From: Antechinus flavipes
Lineage: Eukaryota
NCBI RefSeq assembly: GCF_016432865.1
Contig: NC_067398.1
Coordinates: 726,454,001 to 726,518,000, forward strand
DNA length: 64,000 nt
Direction: 5' to 3'
Position 1 is the first letter of the stretch, and each line of letters begins with the position of its first letter. Below the pieces are notes generated by a model. That model saw only the letters and a list, made by a program, of their open reading frames with translations, made no database searches and was not told the DNA's origin. Below are positions 33,120 to 59,249 of this stretch, piece by piece. The position numbers and the translations under genes were made by a program.

Positions 33120-33308
33120 CGGGGAGGCGGGGAGGGGGGGCAGAGCCCGGGGAGAGGGGGGCAGGGAGGGGAGGGAGGGGGAGGGGAAGACTCCCGGCCC
33201 TCGGCCGGCTGGGGGGAGGGGGGAGGGGCGGGCCGGGCTGAGCCTATAAAGGGCCGCAGTCAGCCGGGCTCCGGGCCCGCCCCGCAGGCCCCTGGCGCCC
33301 GCCCCGGG
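33120..33308 (+). promoter_or_regulatory. MMP11 proximal promoter: TATA box with upstream GC boxes and G-runs
   Basis: TATAAA at 33245-33250, GGGGCGGG directly upstream, dense G-tracts. Confidence 0.8.
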
Positions 33309-40563
<7,255 letters not shown>

Positions 40564-41486
40564 GCCCGGCCGCCGCCCGCTGGCCTGGGCTGACCCCTGT
40601 GGGGCTGGTCTCCCACGGGTGAGCCCGAGCAGGCGGCACTATTTATTGGGGCGGGAAGATGAAGGCCCCGGGTGGCCGGGCTGGCTCAGCGGCGGTGGGG
40701 CTTCCATCAGGCCTCGGGGGCCCGGGCGCGGAGGCAGAGACTCGAGGCCATGCTGGTTGTGGCCCGCGCTGCCCGCCCTGCCCGCCATTGTCCGCAATGG
40801 CTCTCCATCGGCCCCTGGAGACTCCACCCCTGAGAGCTGCCCCCCAGACTGGCTTCTGTTCTGGAGGACGTCATGGGGGGCCAGGGGGGGCGGCTTCCCC
40901 TTCTCGAGTCCTTGTGCCTTTGCTCTCCTGCGGAGCTACTCCTTTCTTCCCTCCATCCCCGGCCTCGCCCCCCGAAGTCTCCCCTGCAAAGGGCACGCTC
41001 CTCCCAAGCTGTGGATCCTGGTCCAGGCAGGGCGGCTCATGATCTCTGGGCTGGGGCTCTCGCCTAGAGACCCCCCTGCTTCCCGCAGCCCCCAGGCCCT
41101 TCTCGGGGTGTTGTCTCCGGAAGCTCAGGTCAGGGCCCGGGGCATCGCCTTGGACGGGTGCACTCAGGTTCCTGCCCGTACCCCCTCCCCCCAACAGGAC
41201 CACGGTTCTTTGTGGCCTGGCCCCTGACCTCCAGTGGGCAGCTGCAGTGGAGAGCAGGGCCCCTCCCCCCCAGGGGCCCAGAGGGGCCAGCCGGGACTGA
41301 CGTCAGGGGACCTGACTCTGCCCCCCTCCCCGAGCTGTCGGTGCATCCAGAGGCCCCCTCCCTCCGGCCGGCTGCCGTGCCCTGTCCTCACCAGCTGGGG
41401 GCAGCTCCCCCTTAGGCCAGCTGCCGGGCCCTGCCCTCCCCCCACTACATAGCGCACTTTTGTACCAGTGGGCCGTCCGTTTGACA

Positions 41487-41492
41487 ATTAAA
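41487..41492 (+). terminator. MMP11 polyadenylation signal ATTAAA (candidate)
   Basis: Variant hexamer ~0.9 kb after the stop, followed by a T-rich downstream segment. Confidence 0.55.
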
Positions 41493-42222
41493 CGCGGCCT
41501 GTTTTCTATCAGACCTGTCCCGCCTCCTTCTTGGACGTGCCCTGGGCTTCCCTTCTGGGCTCTTCGGGGCCCTTCTTGATGCCCCAGGACACAAGGGCTT
41601 GCCCACAGTTGCCCAATCAGTGCCAGTTCTAGGGGGTGGAACTTGAACCCGGCTCCCTTCGGATATCGGGAAAGGCGGATCAAGCCTCGGACCCTGACTT
41701 AGCTGGTGCTCGTGTTCTCCACGGGTGCAAGCCCAGGGTCCTTCCAATGCACCGGCCACTTTCCCTGCCCACTCCTGACTGTGGTGGAGCCAGTCCCTTG
41801 GGTTTCCTCCTCTTTCAAAGGGGGCCAATTTCAGTCCCTCCCTCCAAGGGTCGGTGGGACGATGTAAAGGAGGTCTGGCCCAGGGTGGGGCGCAGAACCC
41901 CTGCAGACTTGGGTGCTCTTGTCGCCCTTCCTGCTCCCCCCATTGCCATCTGCCCTTCTGGGCATTCTCCCTTGCCGGCCTCTCCCAGGTGGCTTCTATT
42001 TCCTCACGGAAGCCCAGCCTCCCTCTGGGATTATCCCTCAAACTGCAGCTGAATCTTCGGCTTGGTCCCCGGAGAAGTGTCAGCACTCTTGGGGTCATCC
42101 CCAGGCCCACATCACTGTGATTCCCATCCATACTCAGCCAGTGAATTTAATTCACTCTCAGCAGAGCGTTTTACTGTAATTTTATAGTAAGAACAGTTAT
42201 TTAATTTTTAAAAAATTAAAGC

Positions 42223-42223
42223 C

Positions 42224-42254
<31 letters not shown>

Positions 42255-42367
42255 AGGCAATTGGAGTTAAGTGACTTGCTCAGGGTCACTCAGCTAGGAA
42301 GTTTAAGTGTCTGAGGCCAGATTTGAACTCAAGTCCTCCTAATTTCAGGGCTGGTGCCCTATCCACA
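42223..42367 (-). mobile_element. Marsupial CORE-SINE (WSINE1-like) with long poly(A)
   Basis: ~28-nt T-run followed by the reverse-complement SINE body. Confidence 0.88.
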
Positions 42368-42369
42368 AG

Positions 42370-43150
42370 CTTTTTATTTTCAAAACATGTGCAAGGATAA
42401 TTTTTCCCCAGTGACCCTTGCAAAAACCTGTGTTCCAATCCCCCACTTTCTCCACCCCCTCCCCTAAAAGGCAAGTCATCCAATTTATGTTAAACACGGT
42501 AAAAAAAATACATAAATCCAATTATGTTGCTGTACAAGAAAAATTAAACGGGGAAAAATGAGAAAGAAAATAAAGGGCAAGCGGACAACAACAGAGAGTG
42601 AGAATGCTGTGTTGTGAAGCACACTCAGTTCCCACAATGTCTCTCTGGGTGTAAATGGCTCTTCATCACTGAACAAGGGGAACTGCTCTGAACCATCTCA
42701 TTGTTGAAGAGTCACGTCCATCAGAATTGAGCATCATGTAATCTTGTTGCCGTGTGCAATGATCTCCTGGTCCTGCTCACTTCCCTCAGCATCAGTCCGT
42801 GTGGGTCTCTCCGGCCTCTCTGAAATCCTCCCGAGGGTCATTTCTTACCGAACAATAATATTCCATAACATTCACGTACCACAATTCGTTCAGCCGTTCC
42901 CCTCTGATGGGCAGCCGCCCAGTGTCCAGTTTCTGGCCACAAACATTTTGGCACCTGTGGGTCCCTTTCCCTCCTTTAAGATCTCTTTGGGATACAAGCC
43001 CAGTGGAAGCGCTGCTGGATCAGGGTACGGACAGTGTGACGGACCTTTGGCCCTACAAGAACAGTTGTTTATACAAAAGTAATTGCAGCCCCCGAATCCC
43101 GCAGCACTTTAGCAAATGCTCCCGACATCTGTGGGAAAAGTGGCTAGAAT
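42370..43150 (-). mobile_element. L1 3' end (~780 bp), GC-shifted
   Basis: Continuous L1 3' UTR/ORF2-end signature (gatctcctgg...catttcttaccgaacaataatattccataac...agtttctggccac). Confidence 0.75.
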
Positions 43151-44199
43151 AAAACGCCAGGGAGGTGAGGGACTCCTGGAGGGCTCGCGCGGTAACACGG
43201 TTCTTTGGGGGTTGTTTTGGAGGAGGAGCTCAGTCCTCTAGGACCCCGGAGTCCCAGGAAGCGGCACAGAATGGCCGCGGGACTCGCCGCGGTCCACAGC
43301 TCCCTCAGGAGAAGCCATCCTTGGGCTCAACGTGCGGGGTGGGGGTTCTCCCAAGAGCCAAAGGGCCCCAGGGCCAGTTCCCCCAGACAAGACACCCAAG
43401 AGCCGGCCTGGCGGAAGGCCACCAGGAGCAGGAGATGGGGGAGATGGGAGAGGAGGGGGCTCCTGGCCAACGGCCCCTGAGACGGGGCTGCTGGGAAGCC
43501 TTGGGATGTGGGTTGAGCGATGAAAAAGAGTGGGAGACCTGGGGAGACTCCAGGACAGCGCCCAGGGTAGCTGAGCCGTGCTGGCGCTTGGCTGGGGAAG
43601 GGACAGAGGAGCGCAGAGCCCTTGGGACGCTCCTGGGGAGCAGAGGAGGGGCCACCCCCAAAGCAGGTCAGGAGAGCATGCTGGGAGCTGTGCGTCAGGC
43701 AGCTGGGGGGGAGGAGGCAGAGATCGGGGATGGCCCTCTGCTGGGGGAAGAGAGAGAGGGAGTGGGGGCTCCTGGCCCGGAGTCCTGCTCACTGGGGCCC
43801 CGGGGAGAGGGCGGGTGGGACATTTAGAGCCAGCACACCCGGATGGCTGTACTCGGGATCCTGCAGGAAAGAGCGGGGCAGGGAAGGAGAGGAGTCTGTA
43901 CCATCAGGGTCCAATAAGTGCGAGTTGTTTAGTGGGCCCTGCAGAACTGGGGAAACTGAGGCAGGACGGGCGGAGCCCCTAAAGACCCCCACGTGGGGGT
44001 CTGGGCGGGGCCAAGCCCCGTTGTTTTGTACTGGCCCGGGGAGGTCCAGGCTGGGGGCGGGGCCAGGGTCCGGGGTCTCAGACTGAGCTAGGCTGGAGGC
44101 GGAGCCAGGGGTGTGTGTGTCAGTGGGTGTGTGTGGGGAGCCACGCCCGGTTCTTTTGTCCGGGTCCGGGCGGAGGTTGGGGGTGGGGACGGGGGGCGG

Positions 44200-52786
<8,587 letters not shown>

Positions 52787-52998
52787 CCGCCCGCCGGCCC
52801 TCACCGTCACCGCTCAGAAGATGGGGCCAGAGGAGGCTGCGGGGAGGGGGCCGCCTTCAGCGGGGCCGTCGCATTGCCCTGCCCAGCCTGGCCAAGGACT
52901 CCGTCCCTGGCCCGGCTCGGGGGAGGTGCAGGAAGGCCGTCGGGTCCGCTTCCGTTTGTGTGTATAGGTGCCCCGGGCACGGCTAGGAAGGTTTTTTA

Positions 52999-53004
52999 AA
53001 TAAA
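52999..53004 (+). terminator. SMARCB1 polyadenylation signal AATAAA
   Basis: First AATAAA ~210 nt after the stop. Confidence 0.75.
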
Positions 53005-53953
53005 GAATCTGGGATGTTCACTTCCTTAGCAGAGGCTGGCACTCACTGGGGCCAGCCTGCCCCAACTCTCTGGGCATCCGGGGGGAGTGCAGGGTTCAGT
53101 GCCCACTGTGTGCCAGGCCCGTGCCAAGGACTTTGCCATGTGCCAAGGTGGGCATTGCCACGGGCTTCCTCACAGCAGTCCCATGTCCTTGGGGGGCCTC
53201 CTGTGCACCTCCTTGGGGATAGATGTGACCCCCCAAGAGTGAGTGTGGAGGGTCCCGGGTCTCCCCACCTGCACTTTCACAGCCGGCAAGGGAATGCTCC
53301 AGGGACCAGGGCTGGGATCGTCCTCGGACCCATGGGGGGCCGGCAGAAACAGAGCCCCCAGCCAGGGAGGGGGGAGGGTGTGACGGGGATGGGGCAGACC
53401 TCCCTCCCCCTGAGGGCAAGGTCTGGCCGCGGGCAGTGCCTACCAAGGAGGCTGGTTCAGACTGCTCCCTCCCCCCTTCCTCAAGGGTTGGAGTTGGGGA
53501 GTGAAAAAAGAGTTTATTCAGCCTGTGCTGGGGGGCGGCGGTACAGAAGCAGGGCGGGCGTGAGGGCACCTTGTAGATCTGCAGAGGCCCGTGCCCCTAC
53601 CACCTAAAGAAAGGCGCTTCCTGCCTCCCCCTCCCCAGCCACCCCCACTGCTCCCTTCAGCATGCAGGTGGGCGGTCCGGTCCCAGGAGATCCCGGGCAT
53701 CCTGCCTGGAGGAAGAGGCTCTTCCGTATTCAGGGAGCCCCCTCCAGCTTTGGGCCTCTGGGACCCTTGCTCGCTTTGCTGGGGAGAGGCTGACCCATGA
53801 CCCCTGCAGCGCCAGGGAGCTCCAAATAAATGGGCGACAGTCGCCTTCCCCACCCGGGATTCGTGCCCAGCGTTCTGGCCGGCTGCCCGGGGAAACACCA
53901 GGCTCGGGCAAGAAGGCACCGGAGGCCAAGATTTGGATGGATGCTGCCAAGTG

Positions 53954-53959
53954 TTTATT
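53954..53959 (-). terminator. DERL3 polyadenylation signal AATAAA
   Basis: tttatt on + strand ~100 nt beyond the stop. Confidence 0.7.
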
Positions 53960-54062
53960 CTAATCTCTGCCCCCTCCCACCGCTCTCATTTCCCAGGAGA
54001 GGGGCCGGGCTGCTCGGAGGGAGGCCCAGCCCCATCTTTTCCAGACTGGAAGGAGGAAGTGG

Positions 54063-54153
54063 TCACTGCTGGTCCCCAGGGTCCCCGGCCGGCCGCTCCT
54101 CAGGAAGGGGTCTGTAATTGGGGTCCTCTTCAGGGGCGTCGAAGATCAGCTTC
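54063..54153 (-). CDS. DERL3: DERL3 exon 7 coding part ([29 protein letters not shown])
   Basis: tgcag| acceptor, TGA 54065-54063. Confidence 0.93.
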
Positions 54154-56562
54154 CTGCATGGCCAGGGGACAAGAACCACCAGTTGGGACTTGGGGGGGGG
54201 GGGAAATCGGGCCCCAGTCCCAGTTCCCAGTACTCACAGGAAGCCCGGGGTGAGCAGGAGCTTCTTGCCCCCTGGTTGGTTGGGAAAGACATCTTCAAGG
54301 AAGTAGTAGATGTGACCCACAGCGATCCCTGAGCAGGGGGAGAAAGCAGGATCGTGATGGGGTCCGGGCCGAGGACGTCCGGGCATGAGCCCTTGTTCTG
54401 GGCAAAACCAAACCTTCAGGGGCCTGAGGTTGTGCCCTCCCCTCCAGGAGTGGGGCCCACCTGCCCCAATGCAGTGCAGCGATGCATTAGAGCCCCTCTC
54501 AGAAAAGGACCCCTCCCTCCCCATTGTATCTTGGGACCTTCTCTCCTTGGCTGTGGCACCCAGGGGTCCTGCAGGACTGGCACCCCCAGCCCACCCTTCA
54601 CCCAGCGGGGGTCCTGCAGAGCCAGCACCCCTCCCCCTCACCCAGCAGGGGGTCCTGCAGAGCCAGCACCCCTCTCACCCAGTGGAGGTCCTGCAGAGCC
54701 AACACCCCTCTCCCTCAGCCAGCAGGGGGTCTTACAGAGCCAGCACCCCTCTCACCCAGCGGGGGTCCTGCAGAGCCAGCACTCCTCTCCCTCACCCAGC
54801 GGGGGTCCTGCAGAGCCAGCACCCCTCCCCCTCACCCAGTGNNNNNNNNNNNNNNNNNNNNNNNNNNNNNNNNNNNNNNNNNNNNNNNNNNNNNNNNNNN
54901 NNNNNNNNNNNNNNNNNNNNNNNNNNNNNNNNNNNNNNNNNNNNNNNNNNNNNNNNNNNNNNNNNNNNNNNNNAGCCAGCACCCCTCCCCCTCACCCAGC
55001 GGGGGTCCTGCAGAGCCAGCACCCCTCCCCCTCACCCAGCGGGGGTCCTGCAGAGCCAGCACCCCTCTCCCTCAGCCAGCAGGGGGTCTTATAGAGCCAG
55101 CACCCCTCTCACCCAGCGGGGGTCCTGCAGAGCCAGCACTCCTCTCCCTCACCCAGCGGGGGTCCGGCAGAGCCAGCACCCCTTCCCCTCACCCAGCAGG
55201 GGGGTCCTGCAGAGCCAGCACCCCTCCCCTCAGCCAGCGGGGGTCCTGCAGAGCCAGCACCCCTCCCCCTCAGCCAGCAGGGGGTCCCTACACCCCGCCC
55301 CTGCTCACCCAGCAGATCCACCAAGATGGAGTTGCCCAGGAGCAGGGAGAAGGCCATGAGCACCCAGGGCAGGAAGGGCGCCTGGAAGTTGAGCAGGCCA
55401 AAAAAGTTCATGCGCAGGTAGGGGTTGCGGCGGCTCCACACGTACACCAGCATGATGGTGAAGGCCTGGCCCAGGAAGAAGAGGCTGGCCAGGAGCCCGA
55501 AGAGCTGCGAGCTCTTGAGTCAAGGAGGGGCGGGCGCCGGGCCGCAGACCCAGGCCCGAGCCGCGGGCACCTGCCTCATGTCCCCAGCACCACGGTGGGG
55601 ACGGTGGCGCATCTCCTGAGCCGCTGGAGCCTGGGGGCAAAGGCCAGCCTTCTGCTCTACCTGCAGGGCCCTCCGGGGCCGGGGGCAGCCGCACCGCCAC
55701 CTCCCGGCGTGGAGGGGCCCTCCCCCGGGCTGCACTGGCCCCCGCCTTTGCGGCGCCTCCCCCCTCACCGAGGAGGGCAAAAAGGATACTGTCATGAGGA
55801 CTCCGCCGAAGAGGAACATGAAGACGAAGTCGGCCGTGCGGCCGCGGAAGGACCCCTCCTCCAGCATGCGGCAGTACCTGTAGCTGGCGCGCTATCGGAA
55901 ACAGGCCAACGCAGGGGCTGGAGGGGTGGGCGGCTGGAGCCGGCAGCCCCCCTCCCCCCGGCCGGGCCAGGATCTCCCCCAGAACGCGCCCCCCGGGGCT
56001 CGGGCCCTCGCGAAGGATACAGGAAGAGCATGTTGAAGAAGAAGCTGAAGCCCAGGGGCCCGAAGAAGAGGAAGTTGGTGACGAGCCTCCACACCTGCGG
56101 AGGAGGAGCCGGGGCTGGGGGCCGGGGCACAAGGGGGCATCCCTTGGCCCCCGGCCCCCTCTCCCCTTGACCTGGCCCCCGCCACTCACCTGGAACTTCC
56201 TGAAGATGAGGTCAGGGTTGAAGTAAAGCTGGAAGGGGGTGATGAGCTCCAGCTGCTGCGGGGACACGCCAGAGACCCGGCTGGGGACAGGCCGGACAAG
56301 GGGGCTGGGGGAGGGGATGTGGAGACGTGGGGGGCTGCGGGTGACAGAAGGGACGGTGCGAGGTGGGGGGCTAGGGGCGGAGGGAATGAGAGGACCCGGG
56401 GGCTGGGGGAGGGGGCACAGAACCACGGGCGGGGGTGGAGCAGCGGGGCCCCCCGGGGCGGGCTCTCACCACGGCCGCTGTGGTCAGCACGCAGGCTGCC
56501 GTGTAAGCGCGCGTCACCGCCGGCACCTGCCAGAATTCGGCCGCCAGGCCCCGCTGCGCCAT
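54063..56562 (-). CDS. DERL3: Derlin-3 (ERAD rhomboid pseudoprotease), 234 aa; complement(join(56470-56562,56190-56255,56021-56094,55790-55883,55309-55504,54238-54328,54063-54153))
   Basis: [31 protein letters not shown] start; [48 protein letters not shown] motifs; seven exons in frame (705 nt); tail-to-tail with SMARCB1 as in human. Confidence 0.97.
54238..54328 (-). CDS. DERL3: DERL3 exon 6 ([29 protein letters not shown])
   Basis: 91 nt, |gtgagt donor. Confidence 0.95.
54560..55290. repeat. 40-bp minisatellite in DERL3 intron 5 spanning a gap (N 54842-54973)
   Basis: gggggtcctgcagagccagcacccctccccctcacccagc repeated. Confidence 0.95.
55309..55504 (-). CDS. DERL3: DERL3 exon 5 ([15 protein letters not shown]...GNSILVDLL)
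   Basis: 196 nt; preceded by U12-type branch point TCCTTGAC. Confidence 0.95.
55790..55883 (-). CDS. DERL3: DERL3 exon 4 ([31 protein letters not shown])
   Basis: 94 nt; followed by U12-type donor GTATCCTT. Confidence 0.93.
56021..56094 (-). CDS. DERL3: DERL3 exon 3 ([24 protein letters not shown])
   Basis: 74 nt; followed by U12-type donor GTATCCTT. Confidence 0.95.
56190..56255 (-). CDS. DERL3: DERL3 exon 2 ([22 protein letters not shown])
   Basis: 66 nt, GT-AG flanks. Confidence 0.95.
56470..56562 (-). CDS. DERL3: DERL3 exon 1
   Basis: ATG 56562-56560, |gtgaga donor, 93 nt. Confidence 0.95.
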
Positions 56563-56639
56563 TTCTGCCCGGGCCGCTGCTGCCGAGGCCGGGGCCGCCG
56601 CTGCCGGTCTTGCCGCCTCCTGTACCTTTAATGGGGGTT

Positions 56640-57360
56640 CGCCCCCTCATCCCCTCCCGCCCCATCCCGGCCCCCAGTAAATTGGCCAATCCCCGGACGA
56701 GAGGGGAGCACGCCCTGTTCGCGCCCTGGAGGCGAGCGACCAATGGGTACAAAGGATGTGGAACTCTTTCCGCCCCAAACACAAACGGACCAATTCGAAG
56801 AGCGGTGCCGCGCCCCTTGCGTGACGCACTCTTTGGCCAATCCAAAGCCATTCCACTCAGGATTCCTTCCTCATGAATGATCGTAGCATCCAATCAGAGG
56901 GCGTAATAGGCTAACGGGGTGGGACCCGGGGGGTCGGGGCCAATCAAAGGTCGGGAGATTGGTTTGAGCGAATCCAGTGATTCGAGATGAGTCGAGGACA
57001 GGCTACCCAATCAGCAAGTGATGTAGGGCGGGTACTTGGAAAAATGAACCCATAAGAGCTGAGAGCGTAAAGGAGTCGGGCGACCGGCAGTTGGGAAGAC
57101 CAATGAAAAGGGGTCGCGTGGAACAGGGGTCTGCGGAGGGCCCCAGGAGGATGGACGTCATGAGCAATGACCAATGTGAAAGATTCACGTGAGGATGAAA
57201 ACACGGAGGCGGGCCCAGCCAATGAACACTCTGACGAGTGACAACTAGAGCGGGGAAGGGTAGTAAAGAGCCTTCCGTCCTCCTGCCCTCGCCAGGGTAG
57301 GTCCCAGCGCCTAGAGGCCAATAGGACGAAGGTGCAGCTTCAGGGAGGCGGTAGCCCACG
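56640..57360. promoter_or_regulatory. DERL3 upstream promoter with a CCAAT-box array, probably bidirectional
   Basis: 11 CCAAT plus 2 ATTGG; CRE-like TGACG sites; ERSE-like CCAAT-N9-TCACG at 57171-57189. Confidence 0.75.
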
Positions 57361-59249
57361 GGGTCACATGGGACTGGCTTCGGTCCCTCCCCCGGCCTGC
57401 GCCCCTTGTTTCGGGGCGGGGAAGGGAGCCGCCGATCCTGGGTTTCAGGTTCTAGCTTAGTTGTCGCCTACAGACTGGGCCTGTGAGGGAGTGGCGGGGG
57501 CAAGGCAGCCTGCTGGGCCGGGCGGGAAGGCGGCGCGGAGCGCTGCGGGCGGCTGGGGGAGATGCGGGGCTCAGGGAGCAGCCTTGCGGCCGCTTCTACT
57601 GCTGCTTTTCGGGAGAAGACGCGGCCAAGAGAGGCGGCGGCGGCGGCGGCGGAGGGCTGAAGGGGAATGGCCGGGAGCTGCCCCCGCCGGCCTGGGAGCT
57701 TTCCGAGCTTCCCCGCAGCTCTCTGCTCGCGGCCTGCTTCATTCGGTTCCCTGCGGTGGTGGGGGGTGGGGAGGAAGGAGAAGCCGGGCTCTGAGAGCCT
57801 GCATTCGGACCCCAGGCCGGACTAGGGGAGAAGCGGCCTGAGGGCGGGGGCCACCCCAGACTGTCCGAGCAGGTGGGCGTCCCAAGTGTAGAGGGATGAG
57901 GCGGAGGGGAGGAAGAAGAGGGAGCTTGAAGTGCGCGTCACCCCTTGCATGAGAGGGTCCTCAAGTGCTTAGCGCAGCGCCTGGCCGCGACTTGGTGCTT
58001 GGAGCCTTCCCTCGGTAATGGCTCCCTGCCAGACGCCCGAACCACCCTCACTCAGTCTGCTGACTTCCCCGGAGCTCCTCCCCATCTCGCCCGACCCAAA
58101 GTACCAGCGCCTTCTCCGGCCGGGACTCGCCCTCCCTTCACCCGCCCCATTACCTCCGGCATGGCATCTTGTGCTCGGTCCCCTCGGCACCCCCTCCCCA
58201 TCCTCTCAGGGAGTAAGGGGAGCCACATGTTCGCCAAAACTCCCACCCGGCGCCGGCGCCCAAATGAGGAAACCTCGGTGCGGTTGAGGCATCTGGCCTT
58301 GGGACGTGGGGAAGTGTCCGGAGCTCCAGAGCAACAGAACACCACAAAGGCACCCGTAATGTCCCAAGGCGACTGAGATGGTTTGGGCGTGTTCCAAGAT
58401 GGCAGCTGTGGTGCTCTCTTCTTTTCTAATATACGGTCCTTCTCTGGGGGCGGGTTTCTTGGGGAGCTTCTGGAGGCAGCCTTAGTTCCGGTTCAAATCA
58501 ATAATCAGCTCAAATGCAGCCAGGGATTAAAGTACAGTCTTTTACTGTCTCTTCCAAAAGTGCCCGGGTAGTTTTCTTAGAGGCCCATCTCCCTCCTTGG
58601 TTCCAAGAGCTCTTGCAGCTTGTTGCCAGCTTCAGCCTCCAGTTCTCTCTGAATCTTGGTTCTGCCCGTCTCTAGCTTCTCTAGCTCCTCAACTGACTCA
58701 GCTTCTTTTATGCTCTTTTAGAGATGTAAACTCAAAGGCTGACTCCTCTGAGACAGTGGGATTGTGGGTTTCTGACTTGTGAATCTCCCCAACTTGTGAA
58801 CTCTAATGTGTGAACTCTCAAAGGTGTAAACTTAAGCATTGTTTCTATCAGGTCCAGGGAGTTAACACCTTGTTTCAAGTTCTGGCCCATAACAGGCAGC
58901 AGTGGGGGAGGAATGGGTCTGTACCCCACAAAACTCATGAAAATGAGACTTCCAATTCCTGCCCCAGCCCCGGGGGCCTCTTCTGTCTCCACGGGGGTCC
59001 ACAGAGCTCTGTGGTCATGGCGGTGATGCTCTCTGCCTCTCTCCCTCCCCAGGACAGCCCCCCACCTGGCTTCCTTCACCACCCCCTTGTCTAGCCTCTG
59101 TCTCCTTCCCCGTTTTTCACCCTCCTCCTCTGGAAAGGCATGTGTGATTGCTGCTTCTTCCAGTTGTCAAACTTGGCTTTCCTGGCAACTATCCAAAGAA
59201 CCGGGCACCCTGTTCATAAATTATCAGTTCATCTCCAATCCCTTGATCC

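Noticed and set aside
54524-56170. 548-aa + strand ORF
   Set aside because: Antisense shadow of DERL3 exons plus the 40-bp VNTR and an N-gap.
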